Shown here piece after piece: positions 16,249 through 25,049 of a DNA stretch of 27,870 bases; positions within the stretch are counted from its first letter, which is position 1; the number at the start of each line of letters is the position of its first letter. Below the pieces are notes generated by a model. That model saw nothing but the letters and a program-made list of their open reading frames with translations, did no database searches and had not been told where the DNA came from. The stretch is from a virus (Duplodnaviria; Caudoviricetes), in the IMG/VR virus record IMGVR_UViG_3300036982_000320, positions 1 to 27,870 of that record. One strand, given 5' to 3'. The translations under genes and the position numbers were made by a program.

Positions 16249-16743
16249 TCAGTTCCCCGGCATCGTGTTCGGGAGGCGAGGGCGGAAGAAGGCGCTCGTA
16301 CTTACGCCGTTGTACCACGCGTTGGTCATCGTTGGCGTAGCCTGCACTTCGGGTAACCCGGCGCTAGCAGCCTTGGCGACCGTGCCAAAGATCATCTTCC
16401 CGTCCCGGAGTGCTTCCAGCATGGAGTACGCTTGCTTTAGACGCTGCTCAACGGCTGGGGTAATCTTCATGGCGCGGCGCTGAAAGAGCGCCTCAACCGC
16501 CAAGTCAACAACGAGCGTCATCAGCAGGGGGTCGTTAGCCGCTGAGAGCGTCGTTAAATCCAAATCCGTGTAGATGTTGCCTACACGCGTGTACGCCTGC
16601 ACGATGCCCGTAGCTCGTTCTAGCGCGTGCGTCGTGACCGGGTTGGAGCCGAGCATAGGACTGCCGAGGTCGCTGCACAGTTGTGCAATGATCTGAGCGT
16701 CGAGCGCGGCTTCCAAATCGGCGTAGGTGGCGTATGCGGTCAT
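16249..16743 (-). CDS. head-tail adaptor (Mu gp36/DUF1320-like)
   Basis: YATYADL N-terminus, ALERATGIVQAY, LVVDLAVEALFQRR, A...LEALRDGK; follows the capsid gene. Confidence 0.8.
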   Translation of the reverse strand: MTAYATYADLEAALDAQIIAQLCSDLGSPMLGSNPVTTHALERATGIVQAYTRVGNIYTDLDLTTLSAANDPLLMTLVVDLAVEALFQRRAMKITPAVEQRLKQAYSMLEALRDGKMIFGTVAKAASAGLPEVQATPTMTNAWYNGVSTSAFFRPRLPNTMPGN

Positions 16744-16750
16744 ATGTTCC

Positions 16751-16803
16751 GCCTAGAGAGGGGGGTGGGAACCGAAGTCCCCACCACCCTCATCCTGAGA
16801 GGC
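16751..16803 (-). other. stable RNA hairpin after the major capsid gene
   Basis: Minus strand GAGGGTGGTGGGGAC-TTCG-GTTCCCACCCCCCTC with C(UUCG)G tetraloop; no U tract. Confidence 0.7.
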
Positions 16804-16810
16804 TAAATAA

Positions 16811-17851
16811 TCAGGCTGTGACATCGGCAACCAACACGCCTGAGACTGGGGAAACCAGTTCGGAGGTGCTGTTGTCAATGACGCGACCTTCAATACGGCG
16901 ATCCTTCGGATCGTCCCAGTTCTCGACTGTCATGTCTTCAAAGGCGAAGATCTGGCAGGTGCTGAACGAGGTCGAACCTTCGACACCAACCAAGCCACCG
17001 GGGCGGCTCACGAATACGGCAGAGTTGCCGTACACAAACGAGCGAGTCGTCGAGGCTGCGCCCTTGCGGGTCGTAATCTTGACCGAGTCGTCAACGACAA
17101 CCGAAACGCCGAACAGATTTGGCGGGAGTCCGTAACGGCTAAAGATATCGCCACCTTGCAAGAAGGGAAGCGCACCAGCCGCGTAGTTCTTGACGTAGTT
17201 GCGGACTTCTTCCGTCTGTGAGAGCAAGTTTGCAATGGTCGGACTAATGACCAAGCAAATATCTTCGCTACGAACCGCGCCGCCAGTAGCGAGCGAGATG
17301 CGCTGAAGAGCGGTCTGGATGCCCTTCTGGATGACGTTGGTAGACGAAGTCGTCCACGGAGCGCCAGCGTTGGTGGTTCCGGTTGCGTAGTAGTTACCTG
17401 CGTTGGTGAACGAAGTCACGGCAGCGGAGCCAGTCAGCGCGGTAGCCGTTCGCATTGAGCGAGCGGTCATAGCGAGCTGTGCCTTGCTGCGAGCGTGCTG
17501 GGCAACGATGTCCCACGCGGCTTGCTTGACTGTCTCGTTCGGAATGTAGAACGGGAAGGCAAAGCGCTGTGCCGTGAAGGTAACGAAGTCATGCTCGTTC
17601 ATCTTGCCAACCGGGCGGTCGTTGCCAAGAGGCCAGATAAATTCGTTGATGTCGGTCACGCGCACGTTGTCGTCCGAATTCAGACGCAGGTAATACCCCG
17701 TCTGCTGATTGCAGGCAACGATTTGAGCGTAACGGGTGATGGCAAACGAATTCACCGCACGGGTGAACTCAACTTGGAGAGCGCCAGTTGCGAGCGCGTT
17801 GGTGGAGGGGACGTAAGTGTTTAGACCGCCTCCGACTGTTACATAGGCCAT
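16811..17851 (-). CDS. major capsid protein (346 aa)
   Basis: Strong AAAGGAGG SD, size, position after protease/scaffold and decoration genes, 3' hairpin. Confidence 0.85.
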   Translation of the reverse strand: MAYVTVGGGLNTYVPSTNALATGALQVEFTRAVNSFAITRYAQIVACNQQTGYYLRLNSDDNVRVTDINEFIWPLGNDRPVGKMNEHDFVTFTAQRFAFPFYIPNETVKQAAWDIVAQHARSKAQLAMTARSMRTATALTGSAAVTSFTNAGNYYATGTTNAGAPWTTSSTNVIQKGIQTALQRISLATGGAVRSEDICLVISPTIANLLSQTEEVRNYVKNYAAGALPFLQGGDIFSRYGLPPNLFGVSVVVDDSVKITTRKGAASTTRSFVYGNSAVFVSRPGGLVGVEGSTSFSTCQIFAFEDMTVENWDDPKDRRIEGRVIDNSTSELVSPVSGVLVADVTA

Positions 17852-17876
17852 TTGATGACCTCCTTTCGATGATTAA

Positions 17877-18266
17877 TTACAGAGGCTTGACGGAGGGCAG
17901 GCGGTACGCCCAGAAGATGGTGTCCACGGCTGCGGCTTCAAGAGCCACGAACAGAGGGACGTTTCCACTACCAGCGGCAGTAATCGCTACGCCCGCAGTC
18001 GAGGCGATCAAGCCAAGACCCGCAGTAATAGCGGTTGATGCGCCGCACTTCAGTTGAACGCAGTTAGACGGCTGGAGACTGATTGGGTCGCCTGCTGCTG
18101 CGTGAACCGATGAGTCGAATCGACGGGTTGAACCGTCAGCAACGCCGACAACGTAGTCAGCCGCTGCCGTGGAGGCAGAACCTGAGAACGCGGTCGTTGA
18201 CATCTTGACGATGGCATAGGGGTTGATGTCAGCGGTAGCAATGAGATTTGGAGAGAATTGAAGCAT
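17877..18266 (-). CDS. capsid decoration/cement protein (129 aa)
   Basis: Ala/Gly/Thr-rich; ATADI.PY.IVK, VVGVA, AI.AG..L.....G.A pattern; between scaffold and capsid genes. Confidence 0.7.
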   Translation of the reverse strand: MLQFSPNLIATADINPYAIVKMSTTAFSGSASTAAADYVVGVADGSTRRFDSSVHAAAGDPISLQPSNCVQLKCGASTAITAGLGLIASTAGVAITAAGSGNVPLFVALEAAAVDTIFWAYRLPSVKPL

Positions 18267-18278
18267 TGTTGTTTCCTT

Positions 18279-18893
18279 TTAGCCCTTCATCCGGGCGTTG
18301 ATTGCCTTGGCAAACTCTTCAGGCTTGCCAGCAAATTGCTTGACGAGTGAGCCAACGTCACCAATGTCCATGCCACGCGGCAGGGCTGCTCGGCTCATAT
18401 CAATCTTGGTTCCGATTGGGTCGCGTGCGAACAGGTCGCGCCATGACTCAAGGAGAGCAACTGGGTTACGGGAGGCCTGCAACTGACCGACAAGCGCCTC
18501 GCGCTGTGAGTCTGGGATGCGGTAGCCCTCCTGCTCCATGATCTCCACTTCGCGCTCAAACTTCTCGCGCTTCAACTCGGCTTCAAGTCGGGCGAACCGC
18601 GACTTGAGGCGAGCGTTTTCTGACCGAAGAGCGTAGGTCGAACGACGGCTGGCAATGACGGATTCGTCTTCCATTTCGTCCTCTTCGCCTGCCTCAACGT
18701 CATGGCTCTCAATGTCGATGTGGACTTGACCGTCTTCCTCGGCCATCTCGTCCTTCATCTCATCGTCGTCCGCAGCCATCTCGTCCTTATCGTCCGAGTC
18801 GTCCGCGAACTTCTTCTTCATCATGTCCGAGAGTTCGGAGATGGCGCACTTCATGGCCTCCAACTCCTCGCGCATATCGTCGCTGGATGCCAT
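18279..18893 (-). CDS. nested in-frame scaffold protein (204 aa)
   Basis: AAGGAGGAGG 5 nt before an in-frame ATG at 18893, where the acidic/coiled-coil region begins; same layout as Mu I/Z and lambda C/Nu3. Confidence 0.6.
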   Translation of the reverse strand: MASSDDMREELEAMKCAISELSDMMKKKFADDSDDKDEMAADDDEMKDEMAEEDGQVHIDIESHDVEAGEEDEMEDESVIASRRSTYALRSENARLKSRFARLEAELKREKFEREVEIMEQEGYRIPDSQREALVGQLQASRNPVALLESWRDLFARDPIGTKIDMSRAALPRGMDIGDVGSLVKQFAGKPEEFAKAINARMKG

Positions 18894-19775
18894 GCTGGCC
18901 TCCTCCTTGGTAGTCGTCGGGACAAAGGTATTGAGTCCACCGCCGACCCCGACGAGGTCATGGTTGGACTTTGAACAGGTGATCTTTTCGCCCTTGCGAG
19001 TAAAATGGGTATCCGGGAGGGGACGGCGCGGGGTTTCACGCCCGAGCAGCGCCACCTCGGAGAGGTGATTTGAGCCTGACCAAATCTCAGCCGACCGACG
19101 CGGAAACGCGTTGGTAGCGATATATGCGTCGAAGATGTTGCGATTCACTTCCATGTCGCCCACAATGTACCCAATTCCATCGCGTTCTTCGTAGGAAATT
19201 GTGGGGAATCGACCGACAGCGGACTTCGGTTCCTTGCCGTCCTTCTCGTGCATGATGACGAGGCGAGGGAACGAACCGCGAGCCATGTGCTTGCGCGTAC
19301 TAGCGACGATGTCCTTGAGGCGCTTGTTGTTGAAACGCTTTAACTCCGGGTCAGCCTCGCCATCGTCGATGGCTGGGTCAAACGCCATGAACAGTTCAAC
19401 GCGCTCAATCATGACCTTGTCGCCGTCTTCGGCAACGGTGTGAGATGTCTTTGCGTTCACGGTCTTCTCCTCTTTGCGATCGAGTTCCTTGTCCTTGCGC
19501 TCCGCCCACGCCTTGCCCGCATCGCCGCCCCACAGAAGCCAAGCGATATAGCCAGCGGAATCCTTGCCCCATCCTTCGCCCTGCTTGTCAACCTCATGCC
19601 GAGCGAAGTAGGACACCATGCGGCGCACGGTTTCGGGTGACAGGTTCGCCCGGTTCTTGATGTCACGCGCCCGGGCTACTCCAATTTCCGTGCCACCCCT
19701 GCCATGCTTCTCGCGCAGCTCAAGGCCACGGGCAGCATTCGATGCCATCTCGGTGGTGGGCTTCAGGTCAATCAT
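18279..19775 (-). CDS. prohead protease-scaffold (Mu gpI-like) with an extra ~100 aa N-terminal domain
   Basis: Central LVIMHE...AVG...RRSAEI...LSEVALL pattern fits His/Ser prohead proteases; acidic and coiled-coil C-terminal scaffold-like region. Confidence 0.75.
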   Translation of the reverse strand: MIDLKPTTEMASNAARGLELREKHGRGGTEIGVARARDIKNRANLSPETVRRMVSYFARHEVDKQGEGWGKDSAGYIAWLLWGGDAGKAWAERKDKELDRKEEKTVNAKTSHTVAEDGDKVMIERVELFMAFDPAIDDGEADPELKRFNNKRLKDIVASTRKHMARGSFPRLVIMHEKDGKEPKSAVGRFPTISYEERDGIGYIVGDMEVNRNIFDAYIATNAFPRRSAEIWSGSNHLSEVALLGRETPRRPLPDTHFTRKGEKITCSKSNHDLVGVGGGLNTFVPTTTKEEASMASSDDMREELEAMKCAISELSDMMKKKFADDSDDKDEMAADDDEMKDEMAEEDGQVHIDIESHDVEAGEEDEMEDESVIASRRSTYALRSENARLKSRFARLEAELKREKFEREVEIMEQEGYRIPDSQREALVGQLQASRNPVALLESWRDLFARDPIGTKIDMSRAALPRGMDIGDVGSLVKQFAGKPEEFAKAINARMKG

Positions 19776-19791
19776 GCGGTTAGCCCTTGGC

Positions 19792-20673
19792 TCATATCGT
19801 CACCAAGTTTCCGTTTACTAAGAACGTATGGAAGGTGAACCCGCCGGATTGTGTTGTCGTGTTTGTTGCGCCAGTAACGGAGGCGACTGGCGTGCCGGGA
19901 TAACGGAAAACAACAATACCGCTACCGCCTGCGCCGCCGCTTCCTCCGCCAGTTGGATTGTTACAACCAGCAGCGCCGCCGCCGCCGCCTGTATTTGCTG
20001 TTCCTGCTGTTCCGATAGGGTTACCGCCAGCACCGCCGCCGCCGCTACCGCCCGCGCACCCAGCGCCAGTAAGTTTGCCAGCACCGCCGCCACCCGCATA
20101 AGTAGTTCCGAAGTATGTCGCACCATCGCCGCCAGTACCACACACCGCGCCACCGTTTGCGCCGACTGCGCCTGCACCACCGCCACCCGCGCCAATGAAT
20201 GGCGAGACAAAGTTGGTGACAGAACCACCGTTAAATCCTTGGCTCCCTGTTCCTCCTGTTGCTGCTGATCCGCCCCAGCTTGCTCCGCCTCCGCATCCTC
20301 CATTGCGTCCCGCTTGTTGATTCGGTATGCCCCCGCCACCACCGCCGCCAGTTGCAGACAACGCAAGAATTGATACGGTCGTTGCGGTTCCGTCACTTCC
20401 CGACCCGGTACTAGCCGCACCAGCGCCACCAGAACCAACAAAAATCGCATAAGTGGTCGAGCGTGCAAGTGTCTGTGGTGTGTAGATCAGTCCACCACCG
20501 CCACCTCCTCCGCCGCCGCCAGATGCTGCGCCTGCACCACCACCGCCGCCGCCGCCAGCAACTACCAAGACATCGGCGATAGTAATAGTTACTCCACTAA
20601 AGCGCGACATCTTGCGGCTGTCGTAAGACGAGCCGGGAAGTCGCGCCATGCGTGGACGGTTCGCTCGATTCAT
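19792..20673 (-). CDS. glycine-rich virion appendage-like protein (293 aa)
   Basis: DVLVVAGGGGGG...YAGGGG...GTANTGGGGG...GGSGIVVFRY...HTF is a common phage Gly-rich domain pattern. Confidence 0.75.
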   Translation of the reverse strand: MNRANRPRMARLPGSSYDSRKMSRFSGVTITIADVLVVAGGGGGGGAGAASGGGGGGGGGGLIYTPQTLARSTTYAIFVGSGGAGAASTGSGSDGTATTVSILALSATGGGGGGGIPNQQAGRNGGCGGGASWGGSAATGGTGSQGFNGGSVTNFVSPFIGAGGGGAGAVGANGGAVCGTGGDGATYFGTTYAGGGGAGKLTGAGCAGGSGGGGAGGNPIGTAGTANTGGGGGAAGCNNPTGGGSGGAGGSGIVVFRYPGTPVASVTGATNTTTQSGGFTFHTFLVNGNLVTI

Positions 20674-21231
20674 TTACAGGTTAGCCCAGAAGGTTCCCAT
20701 GTCTGGTGTGCCGCTCGACTTGAATTGCGCCGTGACGTAGGACGACCCGGCAAGGTCAATCATCGCGTAGGCGGGTTCCACGTTTGAGGCCGATGCCGTA
20801 GCGGGCGAGTACAGGTTGGCGGCAGGGGTTCCGCTGACCTGCGTGATGCTTGAGAAGGTGCGCGTGTTCGCCACGTCGATGGTGTAGTTCGGCACGGTTC
20901 CGCTGGTGAATGTCAGCGTGAAGTCTGCGAGGACGGTCGGCATGAACCAGAAGCTTGTCCCGGCAACGTCAAGGTACTTGCGCCAGCCGAGAAGCCGCAT
21001 ACCGATGCTGGTCTGCGCGGTGGTCGCCGATACAAGGAACGGCATGACGTACAGGAGCGAAGGGTTCGTCCCGCTCACCGATGCCGTGTTGATGTCCCAC
21101 AAGAGGGCGGTTCCCGTTGTGCTGGTCGGGGCAGCATTGAGCAAGACGGCCTGCGCTGCGGTGTAGGTTGCAGGGACGGTAGCGACCGTGACCTTGCGGA
21201 AGTTCTCTTGGGCGGTGTTGATTACGGGCAT
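20674..21231 (-). CDS. hypothetical beta-rich protein, probably virion-associated (185 aa)
   Basis: Abuts both neighbours (TAAATG); Thr/Ala/Ser-rich. Confidence 0.65.
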   Translation of the reverse strand: MPVINTAQENFRKVTVATVPATYTAAQAVLLNAAPTSTTGTALLWDINTASVSGTNPSLLYVMPFLVSATTAQTSIGMRLLGWRKYLDVAGTSFWFMPTVLADFTLTFTSGTVPNYTIDVANTRTFSSITQVSGTPAANLYSPATASASNVEPAYAMIDLAGSSYVTAQFKSSGTPDMGTFWANL

Positions 21232-22200
21232 TTACAGTTCTCCTCTGCGCTTCATGTCGAGCGCGATTGCGACCGCTTGGTCTTGTGGCTTGCCTTCTTT
21301 GATGAGCTTGGCGATCTTCGCGCCGACGGCTGGGTCAGCGGCGGACATGATCTTCAGCCCTGCCTTCTGCTCCTCGGTCTGCTCGCGGGTCATGCGGGTC
21401 TTTGCGCCGGGGCGGGCAAACTTGCCGCCGTTTTCTGCCCATTGCTGAATGTCTCTTGTTGCGACACCCTTGCTAACCATGTCCTTGGCGGCGGCTAGGA
21501 CGGCCTGAGCGATTGACATGGACGGGTTCTTCTCGTACATACCAGCCGCAAGGTCAGCGAGCAGCATTTGCTTGCGCCCGGTTTCGATGTTGTTCTTGCT
21601 GATCCACGAATATGCCGCGAGCTTCGGATCGGTGTCCTTCCCCAGAATGCCCTCGCTCCAAGACGGATGCGCGGCAAACTCGTCCTTCGCGCCGGGGCGG
21701 GAGGAAAGCATCTTGTCCAATTTGGAAAGCAGTTCAGCCGACTTGGCATCGCCGCTCAATGGTGACATCTTGCCCTTCAGTACGCGGACGTACTTGCGTA
21801 GCGTCTCCGAATCGGATGGCCCTGACAAGACATCGGAAGCCATTCCATCGAACCCGGTTTCCTTCAACAACCGCGATAGCCCTTGTGCAATCTGCTTGTT
21901 GTCAAACTGCGCCTTCGCGCCGGGGCGGGAGGACTTCTTTTTTGGAGCCGGAATAAAGGTATCGCGCTGCCCGTGTGGGACATCGTCAATCTTCTCCATT
22001 GAGCCGTCCTCGTACAACCAGTAAGGCGTTGAATCCGAGTCGCTTGCCGAGATGCCATGCCATTCAAGGTCAGCGGCGCTCGTAATACCCTTCGCCTTCA
22101 GCGCCTTGCGAAGCGCCCCGGCGGTAGTGCGCTTGTCGGCGAAGACTTCTTTCGCTGCAAATCCAAGACGGGCGGCGATTTCCTTGCGTGTGTTGCTCAT
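21232..22200 (-). CDS. modular accessory protein A (322 aa): RLGFAA N-terminal motif and three RPGAK linkers
   Basis: MSNTRKEIAARLGFAA; linkers SSRPGAKAQF, SSRPGAKDEF, FARPGAKTRM. Start chosen by alignment with its paralogues; ATGs at 22209 and 22224 are alternatives. Confidence 0.75.
   Translation of the reverse strand: MSNTRKEIAARLGFAAKEVFADKRTTAGALRKALKAKGITSAADLEWHGISASDSDSTPYWLYEDGSMEKIDDVPHGQRDTFIPAPKKKSSRPGAKAQFDNKQIAQGLSRLLKETGFDGMASDVLSGPSDSETLRKYVRVLKGKMSPLSGDAKSAELLSKLDKMLSSRPGAKDEFAAHPSWSEGILGKDTDPKLAAYSWISKNNIETGRKQMLLADLAAGMYEKNPSMSIAQAVLAAAKDMVSKGVATRDIQQWAENGGKFARPGAKTRMTREQTEEQKAGLKIMSAADPAVGAKIAKLIKEGKPQDQAVAIALDMKRRGEL
21684..21933. repeat. dispersed 22-nt repeat encoding the module linker
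   Basis: ccttcgcgccggggcgggagga is identical at 21684-21705 and 21912-21933, with one mismatch at 25057-25078 and degenerate copies near 21401-21420, 25495-25516, 25738-25759 and 25969-25990. Confidence 0.9.
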
Positions 22201-22205
22201 GTCGT

Positions 22206-22218
22206 GCATCGTAGCGAT
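22206..22218 (-). promoter_or_regulatory. 13-nt upstream box ATCGCTACGATGC, copy 1
   Basis: Identical to 26673-26685; 5 nt upstream of ATG 22200; contains -10-like TACGAT. Confidence 0.6.
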
Positions 22219-22234
22219 CTCCATTGCGATTTAT

Positions 22235-23317
22235 TTATGCGTTTACGAAACCGGGGTCAGGAACTTGGCGCGTGTCTACTAGGCGCTGACGCGCTCCATT
22301 ATGCTTGGCAATAGCGGCTGGGTCAATCGTCCCGTTCGGGCGCGTCCATCGCTCGCGCAAGGCCTCGGCGGCAGGGACGGGGATTAGCGCACAGCGGCAG
22401 TTGAAGCCTAGCGGCGGGGCAATCCCAAGGCGGTCGAAGTCTGCCATCGTCCCGACGTAGCCGTCAAAGGCGCGGTGCGTGTCCCGGGTGCGCGGGTCTT
22501 TGGTGGCGCTAAATTGCACCAGCGGGACGAAAGCCTGCACCCGCTCATCCCGTAGGACTTCGGCGCTGCCCTCGGTCATGGCGCGGTTGGTATTCGTCCG
22601 CAGGACGGTTTCAAGGCGGGAGGACGTTAGCCCTGTCCCGGTCATCAGTTGGGCGGTGGTCACGAAGTCGCCGAGGTTCATGGTCTTGATGAGCTTGCCG
22701 ATCACGCTCTTGGTAGGGCGCTCTTCGATGACCTGCGCGATCAGTTCCTGCACCATGCGCGTCTGGGCGGGGTTCATGGCCGTCACAAAGAAGGTGGTAT
22801 CGACGATCCGCTTGACCCGCGAGATAGCGCCCTGCGGCCCCCGTGTAACACCGCGTAACAACGAATCGAGGATCGGGGACTGCTTGCGGAGGTCAGGAAG
22901 GGCGTTTTCGCGCTCGTGATCGGTCACGTCTCCGGCGCTAGCTGCGGCCGCCTTGATGAGCAGATCCCAGTCGGCGCGTGAGATAGGTACGCGCTTCCTG
23001 AACCAGCCCGTGATCGGAGCCATCCATTTCGTCCCGAAGCCCTCAAGGGAGATCGGTACGTCTCGGTCGAACTTGACCGCGTCCCCATCGTCGAGCATTC
23101 CCTCAATAGCCCCGTCAGGGATCTTGGCGGTGTCCACGGTGTCACGCGCCCCAAACAACCACGATGCCATCAGGAGCGCCGCAGTCGCCTCATGGAACTC
23201 TGCCCACGCCGCGAGGGCATCTTCGCCCCTGACCTGAGCCGCGACCGCACGGCGGTACGCCTGCTGCGACTGGCGCAAGACTTTGCGGAGGTGCTTGTCG
23301 AGGTTGGCTTTGGTCAT
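22235..23317 (-). CDS. MuF/SPP1 gp7-like head morphogenesis protein (360 aa)
   Basis: RLETVLRTN...A..EG, FSATKDPRTRDTH...DG and PPLGFNCRC motifs; directly after the portal. Confidence 0.9.
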   Translation of the reverse strand: MTKANLDKHLRKVLRQSQQAYRRAVAAQVRGEDALAAWAEFHEATAALLMASWLFGARDTVDTAKIPDGAIEGMLDDGDAVKFDRDVPISLEGFGTKWMAPITGWFRKRVPISRADWDLLIKAAAASAGDVTDHERENALPDLRKQSPILDSLLRGVTRGPQGAISRVKRIVDTTFFVTAMNPAQTRMVQELIAQVIEERPTKSVIGKLIKTMNLGDFVTTAQLMTGTGLTSSRLETVLRTNTNRAMTEGSAEVLRDERVQAFVPLVQFSATKDPRTRDTHRAFDGYVGTMADFDRLGIAPPLGFNCRCALIPVPAAEALRERWTRPNGTIDPAAIAKHNGARQRLVDTRQVPDPGFVNA

Positions 23318-24807
23318 CGCTTGCGCTTGCGGACGGCGGCTACCTTCGGCGCTTCAGGGGCTGGCTCGTCGCCCTCACTCTCGTTGCCCTGTCCAAGCAT
23401 GGCGGAGAGCGGGTTGGACGATGCGCCCGCGCTGCCTGCGGCTTGACCACCGAGGACGGATTCCCCGTCTTCCGGGTCGGACAGACCGAGGAGGTCGCGG
23501 ACTTCGCGCTCGCTGACGCGGCCACCCATCGAAATGAACGTCTGAATTGCTTCTAGGCGCTCCTTTGGGTTTGGTCGCTCAGGGGCGAAGACGAACCGGA
23601 TGCGGCGGGCATCCTCTTCGGAGGCTCCGAGCATCCCGGCAATGATGCGAACAAGGTCGGTGGTCAGGCTCTCCGCGAGGCAATCCGCGTGATAACGAAT
23701 GACGCGAGAAAGGGTATCGGCGTGGAGGTCGGCAACGCCTGACCCCATACCCGTCCCGCCAGCCTCGCTCGAGAGCGACTGACCGAGGATCGCTTCCTTC
23801 ATTTTGCCCGAGAGCCAGTTGACCATCTCCATGAAGATCTGAGCGCGTCCAGCGTTCGCGTCCTTGATGTCGATGTCGTACATGGACTCGGTCGGCGAAA
23901 TGCGGGGCAGGACGACCGAGTTGTCATTGACGAGATTCTGGAGAATCGTCATCATCTCGCTCTTGGCTGCATCGTTCCCGGCTGGGTAGTACCCAACGCG
24001 GATACCGAGCGCGTACCGCTCGATATAGGCGGCGGCGTTCTGTAGCACTTCCTGCTTCAAGAGCCAGATGTACCAGCAGACATCTCGCGCACCTACGCCT
24101 CGGTAGATCGTCTCGGCGCTGTTCGGGTCGATGAAGTTAGGCGCGGTGGTGAAGACGCGGTGCAGGACAATGGCGCGACGTTCGTTATCGTCGAACAGGT
24201 GGACGAGCGAGTCAAAGCCGAGGTCGGTGACGGATTCCTGATTGATGTAGGCGCTACCAACGCGCATCGCCACGTTCCCGGTCTGGTCAAAGGCGAGGGT
24301 GTCGGAGGCAAGCGGGAGCCATTCGCGGATGCGTACCCCCATGCGCGGGTCGCGGTCGTAGACCACGTTCACGGCGCTGCACCCGTACCAGACGGCTTCG
24401 TGCAGGGAGCGGAACATATCGCTACGGCGCGGGGCTGCGCCGATGATCTCGGCAATGCGCTCGGCGAGCTTGACGAGGCGCGGATCTGATTCGTCGTCGG
24501 AAAGTACGTTCCACTCCAACCCGGCAAGCGTCACGAGCAGGGAGCGCAGCACGCCCTCAATATCCGCGTCTGCCCGCATCATTGCCTGATAGTTCGGGTC
24601 GAGGCGGTAGGCGAGGCTAGAGTTCCGCAGCATCAGGCTGGCGGTGCGGAAGAAACTCCGCTGCACTTCCACAGGCATGGCGAGCGGCCCGGTCAGTCCG
24701 CGATCAATCGGAGGCGGGAGCGGCTTGCGCGGTCGCTTGGTTGGTGGCAATCCTGCGCCGGGGATCGACTGACGTTGCGAGAGCGGGTTGTTGATCGGGT
24801 CGGGCAT
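23314..24807 (-). CDS. portal protein (Mu gp29/DUF935-like, 497 aa)
   Basis: ATG at 24807 (TGATG overlap); EAVWYG.S..N, YIERYALG.RVG.Y, AILGQSLSSE..G.G....A.LH motifs. Confidence 0.88.
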   Translation of the reverse strand: MPDPINNPLSQRQSIPGAGLPPTKRPRKPLPPPIDRGLTGPLAMPVEVQRSFFRTASLMLRNSSLAYRLDPNYQAMMRADADIEGVLRSLLVTLAGLEWNVLSDDESDPRLVKLAERIAEIIGAAPRRSDMFRSLHEAVWYGCSAVNVVYDRDPRMGVRIREWLPLASDTLAFDQTGNVAMRVGSAYINQESVTDLGFDSLVHLFDDNERRAIVLHRVFTTAPNFIDPNSAETIYRGVGARDVCWYIWLLKQEVLQNAAAYIERYALGIRVGYYPAGNDAAKSEMMTILQNLVNDNSVVLPRISPTESMYDIDIKDANAGRAQIFMEMVNWLSGKMKEAILGQSLSSEAGGTGMGSGVADLHADTLSRVIRYHADCLAESLTTDLVRIIAGMLGASEEDARRIRFVFAPERPNPKERLEAIQTFISMGGRVSEREVRDLLGLSDPEDGESVLGGQAAGSAGASSNPLSAMLGQGNESEGDEPAPEAPKVAAVRKRKR

Positions 24808-25049
24808 CAGGATTTCTCGTATGCAAGGGCTTTGATCTGGTCTACCGTCATGCGCTTGACAACGCCGTTCGGCTGCTTCACCTCGTAGGAGGTTTGCCAC
24901 GTTGGCGGGTTGGTCTGCCCGCTGCGGAAGTCAAGCGTATACCCAAGGCGCTTGAGCGCCGCTTCGGCTTGGTCGATGGTCAGCTTGCGCTTGCTTGTCG
25001 GCAGGGCAAAGATGCCCAGTCGGCGCATGATGTCCTTGCGCTGGCTCAC
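24807..25049 (-). CDS. accessory protein D (80 aa) with RRLGIFA N-terminal motif
   Basis: GTGA and TGATG overlaps at both ends; MSQRKDIMRRLGIFA. Confidence 0.75.
   Translation of the reverse strand: MSQRKDIMRRLGIFALPTSKRKLTIDQAEAALKRLGYTLDFRSGQTNPPTWQTSYEVKQPNGVVKRMTVDQIKALAYEKS

Noticed and set aside
19818-20468. Overlapping alternative-frame and antisense ORFs (216 aa, 146 aa)
   Set aside because: By-products of GGC/GGT Gly runs that lack stop codons in other frames.
22235-22330. MuF C-terminal toxin extension
   Set aside because: Only about 50 aa follow the NCRC motif and no toxin motif is recognisable.
15558-24807. Calling the phage a transposable Mu-like phage
   Set aside because: Only head and neck genes are Mu-like. 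No transposase or sheath is seen, and ERF/RusA point to a different replication style.
24808-24900. N-terminal extension of the portal ORF
   Set aside because: Overlaps the 80 aa tagged gene; ATG 24807 gives a TGATG overlap.
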